Assembly (NCBI RefSeq): GCF_001194135.2
Contig: NC_068986.1
Coordinates: 97,813,622 to 97,867,321 of the forward strand
Direction of reading: 5' to 3'
Source: Octopus bimaculoides
Lineage: Eukaryota
Length of the DNA: 53,700 bases
The notes under the pieces were generated by a model. The model searched no databases, was not told the DNA's origin, and saw only the letters and a program-made list of their open reading frames with translations. Shown in pieces: positions 1-12,676 of the stretch (position 1 is the stretch's first letter; each line of letters starts with the position of its first letter). Position numbers and translations under genes: made by a program.

Positions 1-420
1 GGGGGAGATGTTGAGAAACATTAAAATTTCGGTTACCAAAGTGCCCTCGCAATGTGTTGTTCTGGACATTGGCCTAAGGGACATTCAGAGAAATTCTTCG
101 TGGAATTGTGCATTGCAAATTGAATTTCTTAAACGATTCGATCGTTGATTCGATTTTGGAATTTACAATTTAATGGTTTCATCTATTGCGTCAGTAAGAT
201 TCCCATAGTGTAGCAGGTATACACCTTCCGATGATTTGCTCAAAATTTATCATTATTTCTCTTGTTCATCAATGAATTACATGAATATAATTCAATACGT
301 AAATTATTATACTTTGTATTTGATTTAGTATAATTTTTCTATTACTTAATGACCATAAATATCATGAATATCTTAAAGTAAAATTTTATTCGTATGAGTT
401 TGTATATAAGTGCGCATGTA

Positions 421-520
421 TCTCTCTATCTCTATACAGCTCTCTCTCCCTCTCCCTCCCTCTCTTTCTCCCTCTCTCTCCCTCTCTCTCTCCCTCTCTC
501 TCCCTCTCTCTCTGTCTCTC
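421..520. repeat. (CT)n microsatellite
   Basis: Direct reading: ctctctctccctctct... tract. Confidence 0.9.
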
Positions 521-1180
521 TGTATGTATATGTATGTAGGCATCCTAAATTATAGAAGACATGAAAATTTTATGAAATGTATTAGAAATCTTATCTGAGG
601 ATAATATTGCTTTATATTATTCAAAAACTTTAAAATATTCGAAAAAAACTGGAGGAGGTGGCTTTTAAGTCAGAATTATACTATTAAGTATTAATAAATG
701 TGTCTTGCTTAAGTTGTTTGGGGAGCAAAGTTAATGAGCTGGTGTAAATGACCGAATAATCGTATTCCTTAAACTAAAATACAGAGGCCATTAAAAACCA
801 CCCGAATATCATCAAATTAAATTGGTTTTGACTACATTATTTCTCCTTTAAATAAGAAACAATTATGTAAATAGCCATATAAAAGGACACATTAAACTAC
901 AAGTCATAAAATCAAAGAATAGAAACATTTTGAAGTATTGTAAAAGAAATGCACATTTAAACTTATATGATAATAGCAGATCGAATATTTGCACAAATAT
1001 CGGGAGAATAGGCGTAAGAACCACAAAAAAAAAAAAAAAAAATGAAATAATATAAATTCTTTAGGAGATAATAATAAGTAGAGCAGTTGTGTATAAAACA
1101 GATTTTAAAAAAAACACCATTAAGCAAGTACATCGTTTTACATATAAAAGAAACTATATAAACTTATGTAATTTAGATTC

Positions 1181-1295
1181 AGGTTCAGACTACTTGCGTC
1201 GAGCCGTGTGCAAGTGTCTTCTAGACTGGCCTCGGGTCGACCTAAGTCTTGTGAATAGATTTGGCAGATGGAAATTCAAACTAACCACTCATACA
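1181..1295 (+). mobile_element. SINE family B fragment (post-B-box central part), degenerate
   Basis: aggttcag...gtgcaagtgtcttctagactggcctcgggtcgacctaagtcttgtgaatagatttggcagatggaaa followed by CA-rich sequence; matches the reverse complement of the copies at 7974-8110 and 16190-16342. Confidence 0.65.
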
Positions 1296-1804
1296 CACAC
1301 GCATGCAAAGACACACAAGCACACACACACATCATAAGGAAATAAAAGTGTTTAAATGATCCTTGTGAATATTTAATAAACTCTGTAACCATCCAAAACG
1401 GCTAAACATATTGTCCAGCAAATGCCACACTAATCCACGTAGGTTTTTAATTCACTCTTTCTGCAACCAGTCTAATATGTTAATCGAAAGTTCAAATATT
1501 GAATTAGTCCAGTTTAAATTCAGTATATAGTCGCAGGAATATTACGACACTGAAAGGAATTCAACACCCTCTAATTCTTATCAAAATTATATCACCATTT
1601 GAGTAGTGGTATACCATTTTAATCGATTAAATATAAGATCGATTAAAAGCGTATATAGTGTGAATTTGTTGCACTTCAAGGTATGGTTTTCTATTTGAAA
1701 GGCACGTAGCCGATAAATCATGAATACCTCTCCTTTATTTTGTGTTTATATACATGTGTATGTTGTTTATTTTTGTATCTAACAGTTCTCACTACTACTT
1801 GAAA

Positions 1805-1970
1805 ATTGATGTTGACTGGTTTACGTCCCCCTAACAACAGTTTGCTGAAAGATGGCGTTAGAATAAGTACCAGGATTAAATAGCAATAGTGCTAGGGTCG
1901 ACTTCTTCGATAAAGCCCATCAAGGCAAAGCACCAGTATGCCGGCACTCCAATAACTGAAAGCAGGAAAA
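1805..1970 (+). mobile_element. SINE family B 3' part, degenerate
   Basis: tttacgtcccc...tagaataagtaccagg...gggtcgac...ccagtatg...actgaaa; reverse complement of the 13911-14095 copy. Confidence 0.55.
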
Positions 1971-2257
1971 CATAATAGATGTATGAACATATAAAAATGT
2001 AATTAAATGTTATGTAGGTTCTAAATTCTTACAATAAATGGATGTTATAGAAGTATACAATTTAAATGAAACCGGTATACAATCAGAATTTATGGCCTTG
2101 TGTGGTCAGCCTGCTGTATAAGTGCCAAGTAATATTTAGCAAACGTAAATTGACAAAAACATTCGTGGTCTTCCCTTAGAGCTCGACAAAGAGCGTTTAA
2201 GTTTTGGCCCGACCTACAGAAGATAGGGATGGAACAGCTTTCATTATAGGTGCATAA

Positions 2258-2470
2258 AAGGCGGTGAACTAACAGAATCTTTAGCAAGCCGGACAAGATT
2301 CTTCGCGTGTTTTTCTTGTCGTTATTTTCTGAGATGAAATTCCACCGAGATCGACTTTGTTTTTCATCCTTTTGATATCGATAAAGTAAGTATCAGTTGA
2401 GCAATAGTGTCGATGTAATGGACTGGCATCCTCCTACAAAATTTCAGGCTTTGTGCCTATAATAGGATTA
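2258..2470 (+). mobile_element. tRNA-derived SINE family A, diverged copy
   Basis: Head aaggcggtgaactaacagaatctttagc, then gaaattccaccgagatcgactttg...gataaagtaagtatcag...gtcgatgtaat and tail aaatttcaggctttgtgcctat; collinear with 51176-51400. Confidence 0.75.
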
Positions 2471-2556
2471 TCAGTGCTCAGAGATGAGGGACTATTTTTA
2501 GTTAAACATTAGAAACGAATTTTAATTTGAAATGCGTTTGATATCTAAGAAGGTAA

Positions 2557-3548
2557 ATATTTGAAGATTCCATTGAACATAGTACCGTTAAAATATTTGC
2601 AGATGACTCTACGCTTCAGAAAGTCATTAAGGGAGCATATGATCGAACGATGCTTAAATTAAACCTATGCGCAGTAACCCAGTAGGCACAAAAAAAAACG
2701 ATATGCAGCTGAGCGAAGAAAAAGAGGGCACATTGAAACAACCATATACACTACCGTCAGGCGACCTACCTGAACCCTCAGATAATATCAGACATTTAGG
2801 TGTAACTGTCGACAACAACCATAGCTGGAGTGTGCACCTCAACATAAAAGTAGATGCTGCCGGCAGAATACGCTCACGGATCCTCAGAGCAGTTGAATGT
2901 GGGGATCATGAAACCATCATCCTTCTCTTCTTCACATTCGCTAGACCCTAACTCGAATACTGCTGCTCATCGTCGTTTCTTTACAAAAAAACAAAATATA
3001 ATGAGGATCGAAGCGCTACAAATCAATCACTAAAAAAATAAATGCCATGACGGGACCTGATTATTGCGTTGGACTTAAACAGCTGGAACTCTATTCTCTG
3101 CAACGCCGCCATGAGCGATACAGTATTTGCACCATGTGGAAAATGTTCTACTAATATTATCCGAATGATATCAGTGTTATGTTAACAATTCACCCAAGAC
3201 TAGGCCCCCGTGCAATGCGTCTCCTATAAAGGTCGAGATCACACCTCATAAGAACATTGCGACACAATTTTGTCACTGCAAATGGTCCTGCTCATTTCAA
3301 TGTTATCCTGAAAGAAATTAAAGTAGAAAAAGACACCAAAACTTTCAAACGATACCTGGACAAATTCCTCCATGAAATACCGGATAAACTATCTACACCT
3401 AGATACGTTTCAGCCAGCAACAACTCTCTGATTGAGTGGTCCATGGTTTTCCGAAATAAGCAATTAAGAGACTTTTCCAGGTGGTGCTATTGAGTTAGGT
3501 ATGGCCTGGGCCTATGATGGCCGAAACAAACCTAAGTTATCTAAGTAT
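2557..3548 (+). mobile_element. CR1-group LINE, 5'-truncated RT C-terminus and 3' end (pseudogenised)
   Basis: KIFADD motif (FADD at 2596-2607), then HLGVTVDN..SW..H, FARP*LEYCC, YSLQRR(H)ERY, RHNF...GPAHFN, FKRYLDKFL..IPD...Y..ASNNSL; several stops and frameshifts. Confidence 0.88.
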
Positions 3549-3668
3549 ATTTCATTTTAACTAGAAGTGAAATACCAGATAAGGCGTTTTTACCAGTATA
3601 TTTAAAACTGCATAAATTGGCTAAAATAAATGTGATGTGAATGTTACAGAAATTTTAAGATCCGAAAG

Positions 3669-3670
<2 letters not shown>

Positions 3671-3716
<46 letters not shown>
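3671..3716. repeat. (CA)n microsatellite
   Basis: Direct reading. Confidence 0.95.
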
Positions 3717-3720
<4 letters not shown>

Positions 3721-3770
3721 ACAAGATACTGTGTATAACGGTGTGAATAAACGAAGTATTAATGTATTTT

Positions 3771-3997
3771 TTTATTGCCCACAGGAGGTTAAACACAGAG
3801 GGGACAAACAAGGACAGACAAAGAGACCAAGTCGATTACATCGACCCTAGTGCGTAACTAGTACTTATTTAATCGACCCCGAAAGGATGAAAGGCAAAGT
3901 CGACCCCTGCGGGAACTCGATCTCCGTACCTAAATGCAGACGAAATACCGCTAAGCATTTCGCCCGGAGTGCTAACGATTCTGCCAGCTCGCCGCCC
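3771..3997 (-). mobile_element. tRNA-derived SINE family A, near full length
   Basis: Minus strand begins GGCGGCGAGCTGGCAGAATCGTTAGC (A-box-like); internal gtcgattacatcgac hairpin; highly similar to 51176-51400. Confidence 0.9.
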
Positions 3998-4119
3998 TAT
4001 AATCGAAGTATTAATATGTGTGACAAAATCTATTTGTAGAAATTGTATATCAATAAATAAATGCTAAGTGATTCACCACTTAGATAAACAGACAAACAGA
4101 CAGACAGACATCGGGCATA

Positions 4120-4137
4120 TAGATAGATAGATAGTTT

Positions 4138-4215
<78 letters not shown>
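4120..4215. repeat. (GATA)n tetranucleotide repeat
   Basis: Direct reading. Confidence 0.95.
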
Positions 4216-4217
<2 letters not shown>

Positions 4218-6279
4218 CATACATACATAGATCGAAAGCGTAACATCGTGACAATACGTTCCGTAAAATTACTCTGGGAAATTACTTCGCCACGTCTTCC
4301 TCATGAAATACATTAGTTGAGAGAGTGCTAAAGCACACAGTAACGCAAATATATATCGGAAGCTTATTACGGATAACAGACATCTCATAATACTGCTGAG
4401 GGAAATTACTTTACAGACGCCTTCCTTTTTGAAATACGACATATGAGTGAGTGCTAACGTATTCATGTGGTAAACAAATCGCATTTACTTAGAATTAGGT
4501 TTGTAGTGAAGAAGAGTAGGAATATAATCTAAATAAAATATCAGAGCAAACGGGACAACTCTATTATATTTATTAGTTATAATTTGTATTGGGAATATTG
4601 TAAGTAAATAAATGTATGTGATCGAGTAGTATTGACGTCTATAGCATTTAGTAAAATGGGTCGAAGCAATGACAGTGTTACTGTTTTCTTAATTCTCTTC
4701 AGTAAACAGGCTTTTTATCACCGCATTTGAATGACGTTAGCATTTAAGGAGATGTTTTCTTCTCACTGTCATGTTAATTTTAATTATTTTGATTTTTTAG
4801 AATTGAATTGAATAAGCATGTCAGAACTCCCTAAACAATTATGCTTCATGTGGATTATTCCCTTTTGCAATTTCTCATCGTAATTATCTTATGCTATCAC
4901 ACCATCACACCTTTATTTAATGTGCTTCTATGTAGTTATTATTAGTACTGGCAGGCAGTGGTGACAGTTTACGCTTCGCTGAGAAAGTAAGATAAGACTG
5001 GAGCCTATTTCCAGTTGTCACTATTCTCGTCAAAAAATACATAAAATTAATATCAGTGCTTTTTATTTTTAAATTAATTTTATTTGTTGAATCTGGCAGA
5101 AAATTGTCCTTGACATTTGTAGCGCTCTCTGACTGTAGCGGGGCTTATGCTTGTTAATGTTTCAAGTGTACTCCTGTAGAAAAGATTTGATCCCAGAATG
5201 CCCTTCATCCCAGAATGATGACTGGGCATAATGGTAACTGCATGGCAGTTGTAGAAGTGTTTACACTGTCTGAACCAAACTCGAGCCTTATGGAGTGTCA
5301 ACAACTATATAGAAGATTAGGTGCTATTGAGGGCAGAAATAACCTCGAGTTTTGAAGAGCAGACCAGGCTTCTGCATGTAGTCTTAGCTACGCTAAAGAT
5401 GTGCTTCCATCATGCTTTCCACATGCATTTGTCGATGCATATTTTCAAGAAACTCTGATTAATTAATATTTTCTGAGGTGTCACGACTTTACTTTGACAA
5501 GAATTAATTAACAATAATCGCTGAGTCTCTGCTGCCCTGTCCGCACTGCGAATTTTAACTAATTGAAATTTCTTTTTCTACATTAGCTATGTAAGCACTG
5601 ACTCAACTCTGATGCATAACGTACACGATAAAATCAAAAATTTAAAATCGAGCGGCCGAAAAGAAATGTTTTAATTATTATTCATTGTAAAATTGTTTAT
5701 ATCAATATTTATATTTTTAGATGTTTAACAACAGATACCGTGTAATGACTAAAGGTTAAATGTGAGAGAAAACTAATCATTGTTTTGGAGAACAAACACG
5801 ATTACAGGTCATTAAATCCATTGATACCTCAGAGACATAAATATTGAATTAATTCATATCAAACACTGCGTATCATTGTAAATTCTATATTGTTTTACAT
5901 CACTTCAAATATAACATTTTAATTTCTGATGTTAAGACTTTATCTGTCTTGATCGCTGCTAAGTTCACTTAGAGGTAAGTAGCTGTCGTAGACATTTCCC
6001 TGTACATTTACAGCACTTAGTTGTCTGTCTATGTTTTGCGGTCATCTGAGATAATTCAAAACTAAAAAGAATGCAAAGTCGTAAATATGAAATAAATTCA
6101 CAATAAAGAAATAAAAATTTCTCGATGGAGTTTTAATTCAGATCGAAATGTTTATCTAACACAAAATGTCCGTTCTTAGCGCAAGTTTACGCTATTCATA
6201 TTTCATACTATGATAAATGTTTTATACTACTACTGCTGTTGCTGCTGATACTACTACTACTAATAATAATAATAATAAT

Positions 6280-6493
6280 CCTTCCTGTTATAGGCATAAG
6301 GCCCGAATTTTTTGGGGAGCAGATAAGTCGATTACATCGACTCAAATATGTAACGGGTACTTATTTCATCGACCTCGAAGGATAAAAGGCAAAGTCAACC
6401 ACGGCAGAATTTGAACTCAGAACGTAGCGATGGGCAAAATACCGCTAAGCATTTTTCTCCGCGTGTTAACTATTGTAACAACTTACCGCCTTA
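6280..6493 (-). mobile_element. SINE family A copy (first of three in tandem)
   Basis: gtcgattacatcgac, ggcaaagtcaac, gaatttgaactcagaacgt (B-box reverse complement), ends at accgccttaa. Confidence 0.88.
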
Positions 6494-6526
6494 ATAATAT
6501 TCCTTTCCACTATATATAATAATATT

Positions 6527-6727
6527 CCTTTCCACACAAGGCCTGAAATTTAAGGTGAGAGGGATCACATCGACTCCAGTAATTGACTGGTATTTTATTT
6601 ATTGACACTGAAATAATGAAACGCAAAGGTGACCTCGGTGGAATTTGAACTCAGACCTTAGTCCCAAACGAAATATTGCTAATCATTTCACCCAGCGTGG
6701 TAGCGATTCAGTTAGCTCACCACTTTA
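6527..6727 (-). mobile_element. SINE family A copy (second of three)
   Basis: cacaaggcctgaaattt...atcgactccagt...gacctcggtggaatttgaactcaga...agctcaccacttta. Confidence 0.85.
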
Positions 6728-6734
6728 AGTTTCA

Positions 6735-6942
6735 AATTTTGTCACAAGGGCAGTCATATTGGGGGAGGGGATGAGTCGATTAAATCCACCCCAGTGTTCA
6801 ATGGTAGTTTATTTATCGACCCTGAGGGGATGAAAAGCAAAGTCAACCTCAGCAGAATTTGAACTCAGAACTTATGAGACGAGTGAAATACAGCTAGGCA
6901 CTTCGTCCAGCACGCGAACGATTCTGCGAGCTCGCCATCTTA
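6735..6942 (-). mobile_element. SINE family A copy (third of three)
   Basis: gagtcgattaaatc...atcgaccctgagggatgaaaagcaaagtcaacctcagcagaatttgaactcagaac...gagctcgccatctta. Confidence 0.85.
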
Positions 6943-6951
6943 ATAATTAGC

Positions 6952-7005
<54 letters not shown>
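6952..7005. repeat. (TAA)n microsatellite
   Basis: Direct reading. Confidence 0.95.
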
Positions 7006-7008
<3 letters not shown>

Positions 7009-7973
7009 TAACCCTAAACAGACAGATCCGTCCCCTAATGTCAACGTCCAAGCTCATCATGTCTCGAAGGAAACAAAGCAAAATACACACCGGATCTGCC
7101 GTCATCCGGGTCACCAAGGGCCAGGCAGTCGAGTGACGAACCAGATTGGGTACGAAAAATCAGCTACTGGTTCAAATCTGACATTTCAGAATTCTTCGCT
7201 TTGAAACCAAGAGTTTGATGGGACTTAAAAAGTTGAAAATAGATGGAAGGAAGTCATAGATAATCAGGGAAAGTGCATTGATGATTAGATTTCAATTAAA
7301 TATAATATTTGATCACTTGTTTTCTTTATTCAAAATTCGAACAAACTTTATGGGATGACCTGATAGTATCGGGACACACACATGTTCACGCAAATATATA
7401 CGTGTGTATGTGTGTGTGTGTGTTTGTATATGTGTGCGAGTGTTTGTGTATGTCTGTCTATTTATCTATCTAGCTAGCTGTCTTCTGTCTCTGTCTCTCT
7501 CTCTGTCTCTCTCTCTGTCTCTCTCCCACTCTCACTCTCTTTCTCTTTCTCTCTCTCTCTCTCTCTGTATATATATATATAAAGTGAGTTTGCAGGGTTA
7601 TTTTATAAAGGTGGATACCATGTTTGCTCCCAGTTCAGTTCCAGATGCCGGCTAACACAACGATCCGTATTTGTTGCCCGTGCCGACATTGTGAAAATGT
7701 TTTCGTTCGCTGAAGACTGGAAATGTTCCGTAGAATCTAAAACAACATTAATAATAAGGAGAATGGAGATTTGCACCTCGATTAATTTATTTTATAATTA
7801 CTTATAGCATATTACCACGACCTACACGTGTTCCACTGCAGCAAACGTACACTGGCGCAGATGCAGCCTTGCAATATTGTTAGTGAAATTCATCAGGGTC
7901 TTATACCTTAGGTCTGCTTCGAAATAAGCTGCATGAAGATATATATTTATATATATATATATACACACAGCAG

Positions 7974-8110
7974 GGGCTTCTACAGAATTTACTAATTCAT
8001 TCATAAGACAATGCTTTTCGCGAGAATACATTAGAAGTCGCTTACCTAAATGCCACGCACTGTGATTGAAGCCAAAAGCACATGGTTAAAAAGTGAGCTT
8101 TATTACCACA
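7974..8110 (-). mobile_element. SINE family B 5' half, degenerate
   Basis: gggcttc...agaagtcgcttacctaaatgccacgcactgtgattgaagcc...acatggtt...ttaccaca; reads as a tRNA-like head on the minus strand. Confidence 0.6.
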
Positions 8111-8559
8111 TACACATGTATGTGGTAATATAAAGATGTAGGACTAATGATATTCCGAATATGGAAACAGAAAACAGACATTGCTTATAATAACAATATG
8201 TATCTTGGGAAAAATTCAAAGGAACCAAATAAATAGCCAAAACTCGAAACCGTACAACAGAAATACATGGCACATAGAAATAGAAATACAGAGTACGCAC
8301 AAATATTACATGGAATACTGTGTCTAAAATATTAAATACGAGGCCCATATAATATATTACTCATATATCTAAGGCACACGCCTTTATGAAATACCACAGT
8401 TAAATCAAAACTCTTTCTGAAATATCAGTACAAGTCCAACATTTTTAAGTAGTGAAAGTAGTTACACGATGCCCTTCACTCCAACACTTGATCATCAATA
8501 TTGTGTTGACCATGATAAGCAAAGAAGATTTCGGCGTAGTATGATCTCAGAAGACAAAA

Positions 8560-8720
8560 GATCCAGGACAAATAGCTCAATTAATTTTATTCGACCCCAA
8601 AAGACGAAAAGCAAATTTGACCTTGGCGGCACCTGAACTCAGAACATCAAGACATACGACATGCGACTAAGCATTTTTGAATGTCCGGTGTGCAAAAGAT
8701 TCTGCAAACTCGCCGCCTTA
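8560..8720 (-). mobile_element. SINE family A 5' half
   Basis: tcgacccc...gaccttggcggcacctgaactcagaac...ctaagcatt...gattctgcaaactcgccgccttaa. Confidence 0.8.
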
Positions 8721-9726
8721 ACTACCTAAATAATAGTAATATGTACAACAAAGTGTATGAAATCTACCTTAAACATTACATATAACAAAAATAAAACTGT
8801 ATTTCGTGTTGTTCAATAAAACATTTCTACATTACAAAACCGCTTCTCTCTCTATCTCTCCTAGTATATATATATATATATAGGCACATAAACCAACTAA
8901 TCTCATAAATTGAAGTTATACGTAAATACTCTGATAACACCTATTTGTTCTTATCGATCTATTCTTTATTACTCAGTTACTTGATTATTGTACTGAACTG
9001 CCAAGTAGTTATCAATTTGAACACTTCTTTGTTTATAGTAGAAAGCCTCTCCAATGTCACGTTTTTTCACTGATGAAACGGTTCTTAAAATTCTTTCCTA
9101 ATTCACAGTAATATTAAAAGTCAATCCGCTCCTATATTGAATATCATCCTTAACAATTATATTGTATTTTCCGATGCAGTATATTAAACTTTACACTATA
9201 ACATTATTTGCGGTTATAACTTTAATTTAATCCAACTCTTACTGTAACCAATTTCACATCAATTTTCACTATAGTATATATTATTCTTGACTTGCTTTAT
9301 TCCTAACTTACTATGTCATTTATTTCATAGTCACATACTATTTTACTTTCATGTACGTTAGTCTCATGCAAATTAGTCTGTCTATTATATTTTCTTATTA
9401 AATCTAATATGCAACATGATATACGACAAATATTCCCATTTTAAGAACATAAATTGAAACTTCAACATACATGAAATAGAAATCGTTCTACTAGAACCGT
9501 TTTTGAATCAACTTGGTATTGTCAACATTGGTGGACAAAACTGTGAATTCTTTCCGACACAAATATCATTTGTAGCTTTTCTTTTTATCTTTCTGGCTTA
9601 CAATTATTTTTGTAGTCATCTTCAAAAGCCACGTTATTGTTCTCTAAGGTATATTGCTTTAAAGTTGAAATTTTTCACTGAATGAGATTAATTGAAATGA
9701 ACACAAACACAAACACGCACGCAAAT

Positions 9727-9760
<34 letters not shown>

Positions 9761-9990
9761 CGACGCATATATAATAGGCCTAAATGTGAGATGTGTGCGA
9801 TACTATATAAAGCATTTAGTGTACTACATGGCAACTTATATAACCAGTTTGCAGGGTGACATTTGACATTGATTACGGCACCAATCAACCTCTGCTTTGA
9901 AGATATATATACTTCTTCAAATCAACAAGATTTATGATACTAATCAAGGATTTGACTTTTATCAATATGAAATATCCAGACTATGAATTT

Positions 9991-10562
9991 NNNNNNNNNN
10001 NNNNNNNNNNNNNNNNNNNNNNNNNNNNNNNNNNNNNNNNNNNNNNNNNNNNNNNNNNNNNNNNNNNNNNNNNNNNNNNNNNNNNNNNNNNNNNNNNNNN
10101 NNNNNNNNNNNNNNNNNNNNNNNNNNNNNNNNNNNNNNNNNNNNNNNNNNNNNNNNNNNNNNNNNNNNNNNNNNNNNNNNNNNNNNNNNNNNNNNNNNNN
10201 NNNNNNNNNNNNNNNNNNNNNNNNNNNNNNNNNNNNNNNNNNNNNNNNNNNNNNNNNNNNNNNNNNNNNNNNNNNNNNNNNNNNNNNNNNNNNNNNNNNN
10301 NNNNNNNNNNNNNNNNNNNNNNNNNNNNNNNNNNNNNNNNNNNNNNNNNNNNNNNNNNNNNNNNNNNNNNNNNNNNNNNNNNNNNNNNNNNNNNNNNNNN
10401 NNNNNNNNNNNNNNNNNNNNNNNNNNNNNNNNNNNNNNNNNNNNNNNNNNNNNNNNNNNNNNNNNNNNNNNNNNNNNNNNNNNNNNNNNNNNNNNNNNNN
10501 NNNNNNNNNNNNNNNNNNNNNNNNNNNNNNNNNNNNNNNNNNNNNNNNNNNNNNNNNNNNNN
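9991..10562. other. Assembly gap (N run); other gaps at 14159-14660, 15483-16110, 19999-20830, 27557-27915, 33101-33110, 35355-35705, 36966-37105, 41784-42274, 43416-44044, 48432-48821
   Basis: N runs, mostly bordered by (TA)n, (CA)n or (AAT)n microsatellites. Confidence 1.
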
Positions 10563-10666
<104 letters not shown>

Positions 10667-10777
10667 CGGAACTCATAATTTCCTTTACTCCCCTGGCTTC
10701 TACATTAATGCTTCATTCATCTGTCTCTCTTCTACGTTAAGACTCTCAACAAACCTAGACTGCGTCAGACAACTGAC

Positions 10778-10915
10778 TTTTACATTATTTACATTTGATG
10801 GATATTTGTACTCATCTTTGTTGTCAACACAACGTTTCGGCTGATATACCCTCCAGCCTTTATCCGGTGTCTTGGGGAAATTTAGAACATGGGGTCTCAT
10901 TCCTGGGGTAGTTTT
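10778..10915 (-). mobile_element. Penelope-like or retrozyme-like terminal module with degenerate hammerhead and (aatgtaaat)n tail
   Basis: About 140 nt homologous to 30713-30857; contains the acac-core-ggctg/cagcc-gaaacgtt-gtgt motif and ends aatgtaaataatgtaaa. Confidence 0.7.
10827..10870 (-). ncRNA. Minimal type I hammerhead ribozyme motif, core mutated (probably inactive)
   Basis: ACAC-CGGAUAA-A-GGCUG-gagggUAUAU-CAGCC-GAAA-CG-UU-GUGU; stems I and II perfect, core CGGAUAA instead of CUGAUGA. Confidence 0.65.
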
Positions 10916-12676
10916 AGCAGAACTCAAAATGGATATGCTGAGTATACCTTGCGCACGGTTAGATAATATGAAACTAATCATCTGTTATCATTTTCAAACT
11001 TTCTAACAAAACCATTTCGTGGGATCCTCTCTCCTCTCGTGTTCTATTTGAATGATAACAATCTTTCTCTGTTTGAATATCTTAAGCATGCCTTTCTAGA
11101 GCTTTCTGCATTTGTTGCTTCCCATGTGAAACGAATTCCTGTTCAAGACACCACATGTACTATAATTCAGTTTCGTTTTACGATTATTGAGTAGTCTTTC
11201 CTCCATAAAAGAATATAGAAGCCCTTCTAATATAATGGAACTAATTAGATTGGGTTTGAGTCAAGACCCCTTTTTATCATTTTATGTTAAATGTGACCGA
11301 TCCAAATGTTTGTTATTTTAAATGGTTGTAAGATGCAGCCTGCAAATGTATACTTGGTACTGAAGGATATCTTCTTGATGTTTCGTTTCCATTTGAGCTG
11401 AAGGTGAAAGTCACGAAGACGCGTTAGCTTATGCATATCTCATAGTTCACTAGTGAATCTTGAAGGAATAATGCAAAGCTAATCAAACCCTCTTTCAGTT
11501 ACGTCGTCGTTGATTGCATCTCATTAATACGTCCAAGGGTTTGTGTTTGAGATACTTTCATAATGTGTTTTAATATAGCATAATCCCTCCGATTGCATCT
11601 TAGCAAGCAGGTCCACAGAGAACTTCGATACAGCTGGTTGAATGTTTTAACTCGAACCTTAAAATTATATTCTTGCACCAGATAGATTGTCAAGAATTTT
11701 ATCCGGCCCTTAATATTTCAAAGTCATATTCGTCTTCACCACTGAAGAAATTTCAATGGAACACAGATTGTATGTCTCATATTTTTGACATTTGTCTTTG
11801 CAGTGCAGAATGATTTGTCTTTATCTGTGTAGTCCTCCATCTCTGATGACAAAGCTCTAATTGAATTCAGATACATAGAGAAGTTATGCATGTTCTACCG
11901 AGGGTCTCTTCCTTTCATCAATAACAATTTGAAACACCCAGGTGGGCTCAGTTTCCGATGTAACTCTTGAAACTTCTGACATAATTGTTCTTCTTGTGAA
12001 CCATCTCTTTCTATCACTCTCACTCTCTGCATCTCCTACTAATATTTCAGTTTGCCTTGTCTCGTGTTCCCTCATACTTTGTTTACAGTTCTATAACTTC
12101 CTGCTCTCAAATTACACACTGGATGCTCACATTTGCAAAGCAACTTGTGTTCTTTAAACAAGAAATAGCAATTATATTTAAAACTATATTTTCTCAATTA
12201 CTTTTCACGTTGCAATTGAATTTGTTGATGTGTGAATTGCTAATAAATTTGAAAAATATGTTTGGTCGTAACTGTAATTTAAAATACCTCCCATAAAATA
12301 GATATGGCTTCCTGCTTAATTAAACAGATTTTTAAAAAATATATATAAACCTACAAAGTACGGCACAAAGAGAAAATGCAAGATGAAGTAACAGGTGATA
12401 ATAGAGAGATTAAGAGTGATGGGGAGAGGAATTAAAATTTAGAAGTTAGGTTCAAGAAGAGGGTGCAGTGAGGGAGTACAATAATGGGATTCAATGTTAC
12501 AGAATCAATGGAGATGATTTCAATTGTTCCCGTCAAAAACCGATACACACGCATAAATATATGTAGATAGGTATGTGTATACCTACACGCGCACGTGACT
12601 AGAAAATATACATGTTATTAATGTATGCAACAACGTAATAAATTATCACATTTTTGAATTCTTATATCTATACATA

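Noticed and set aside
1618-1647. tttaatcgattaaa palindrome with a partial repeat
   Set aside because: Short and AT-rich; plausible by chance in 53 kb.
5190-5460. Higher-GC block with an atcccagaatg duplication as a possible exon
   Set aside because: Stops in all frames tried and no recognisable motif.
7006-7160. HDV-like ribozyme at a putative LINE 5' end (also tried at 32950-33013)
   Set aside because: I could not build the P1/P1.1/P2/P3 nested pseudoknot by hand.
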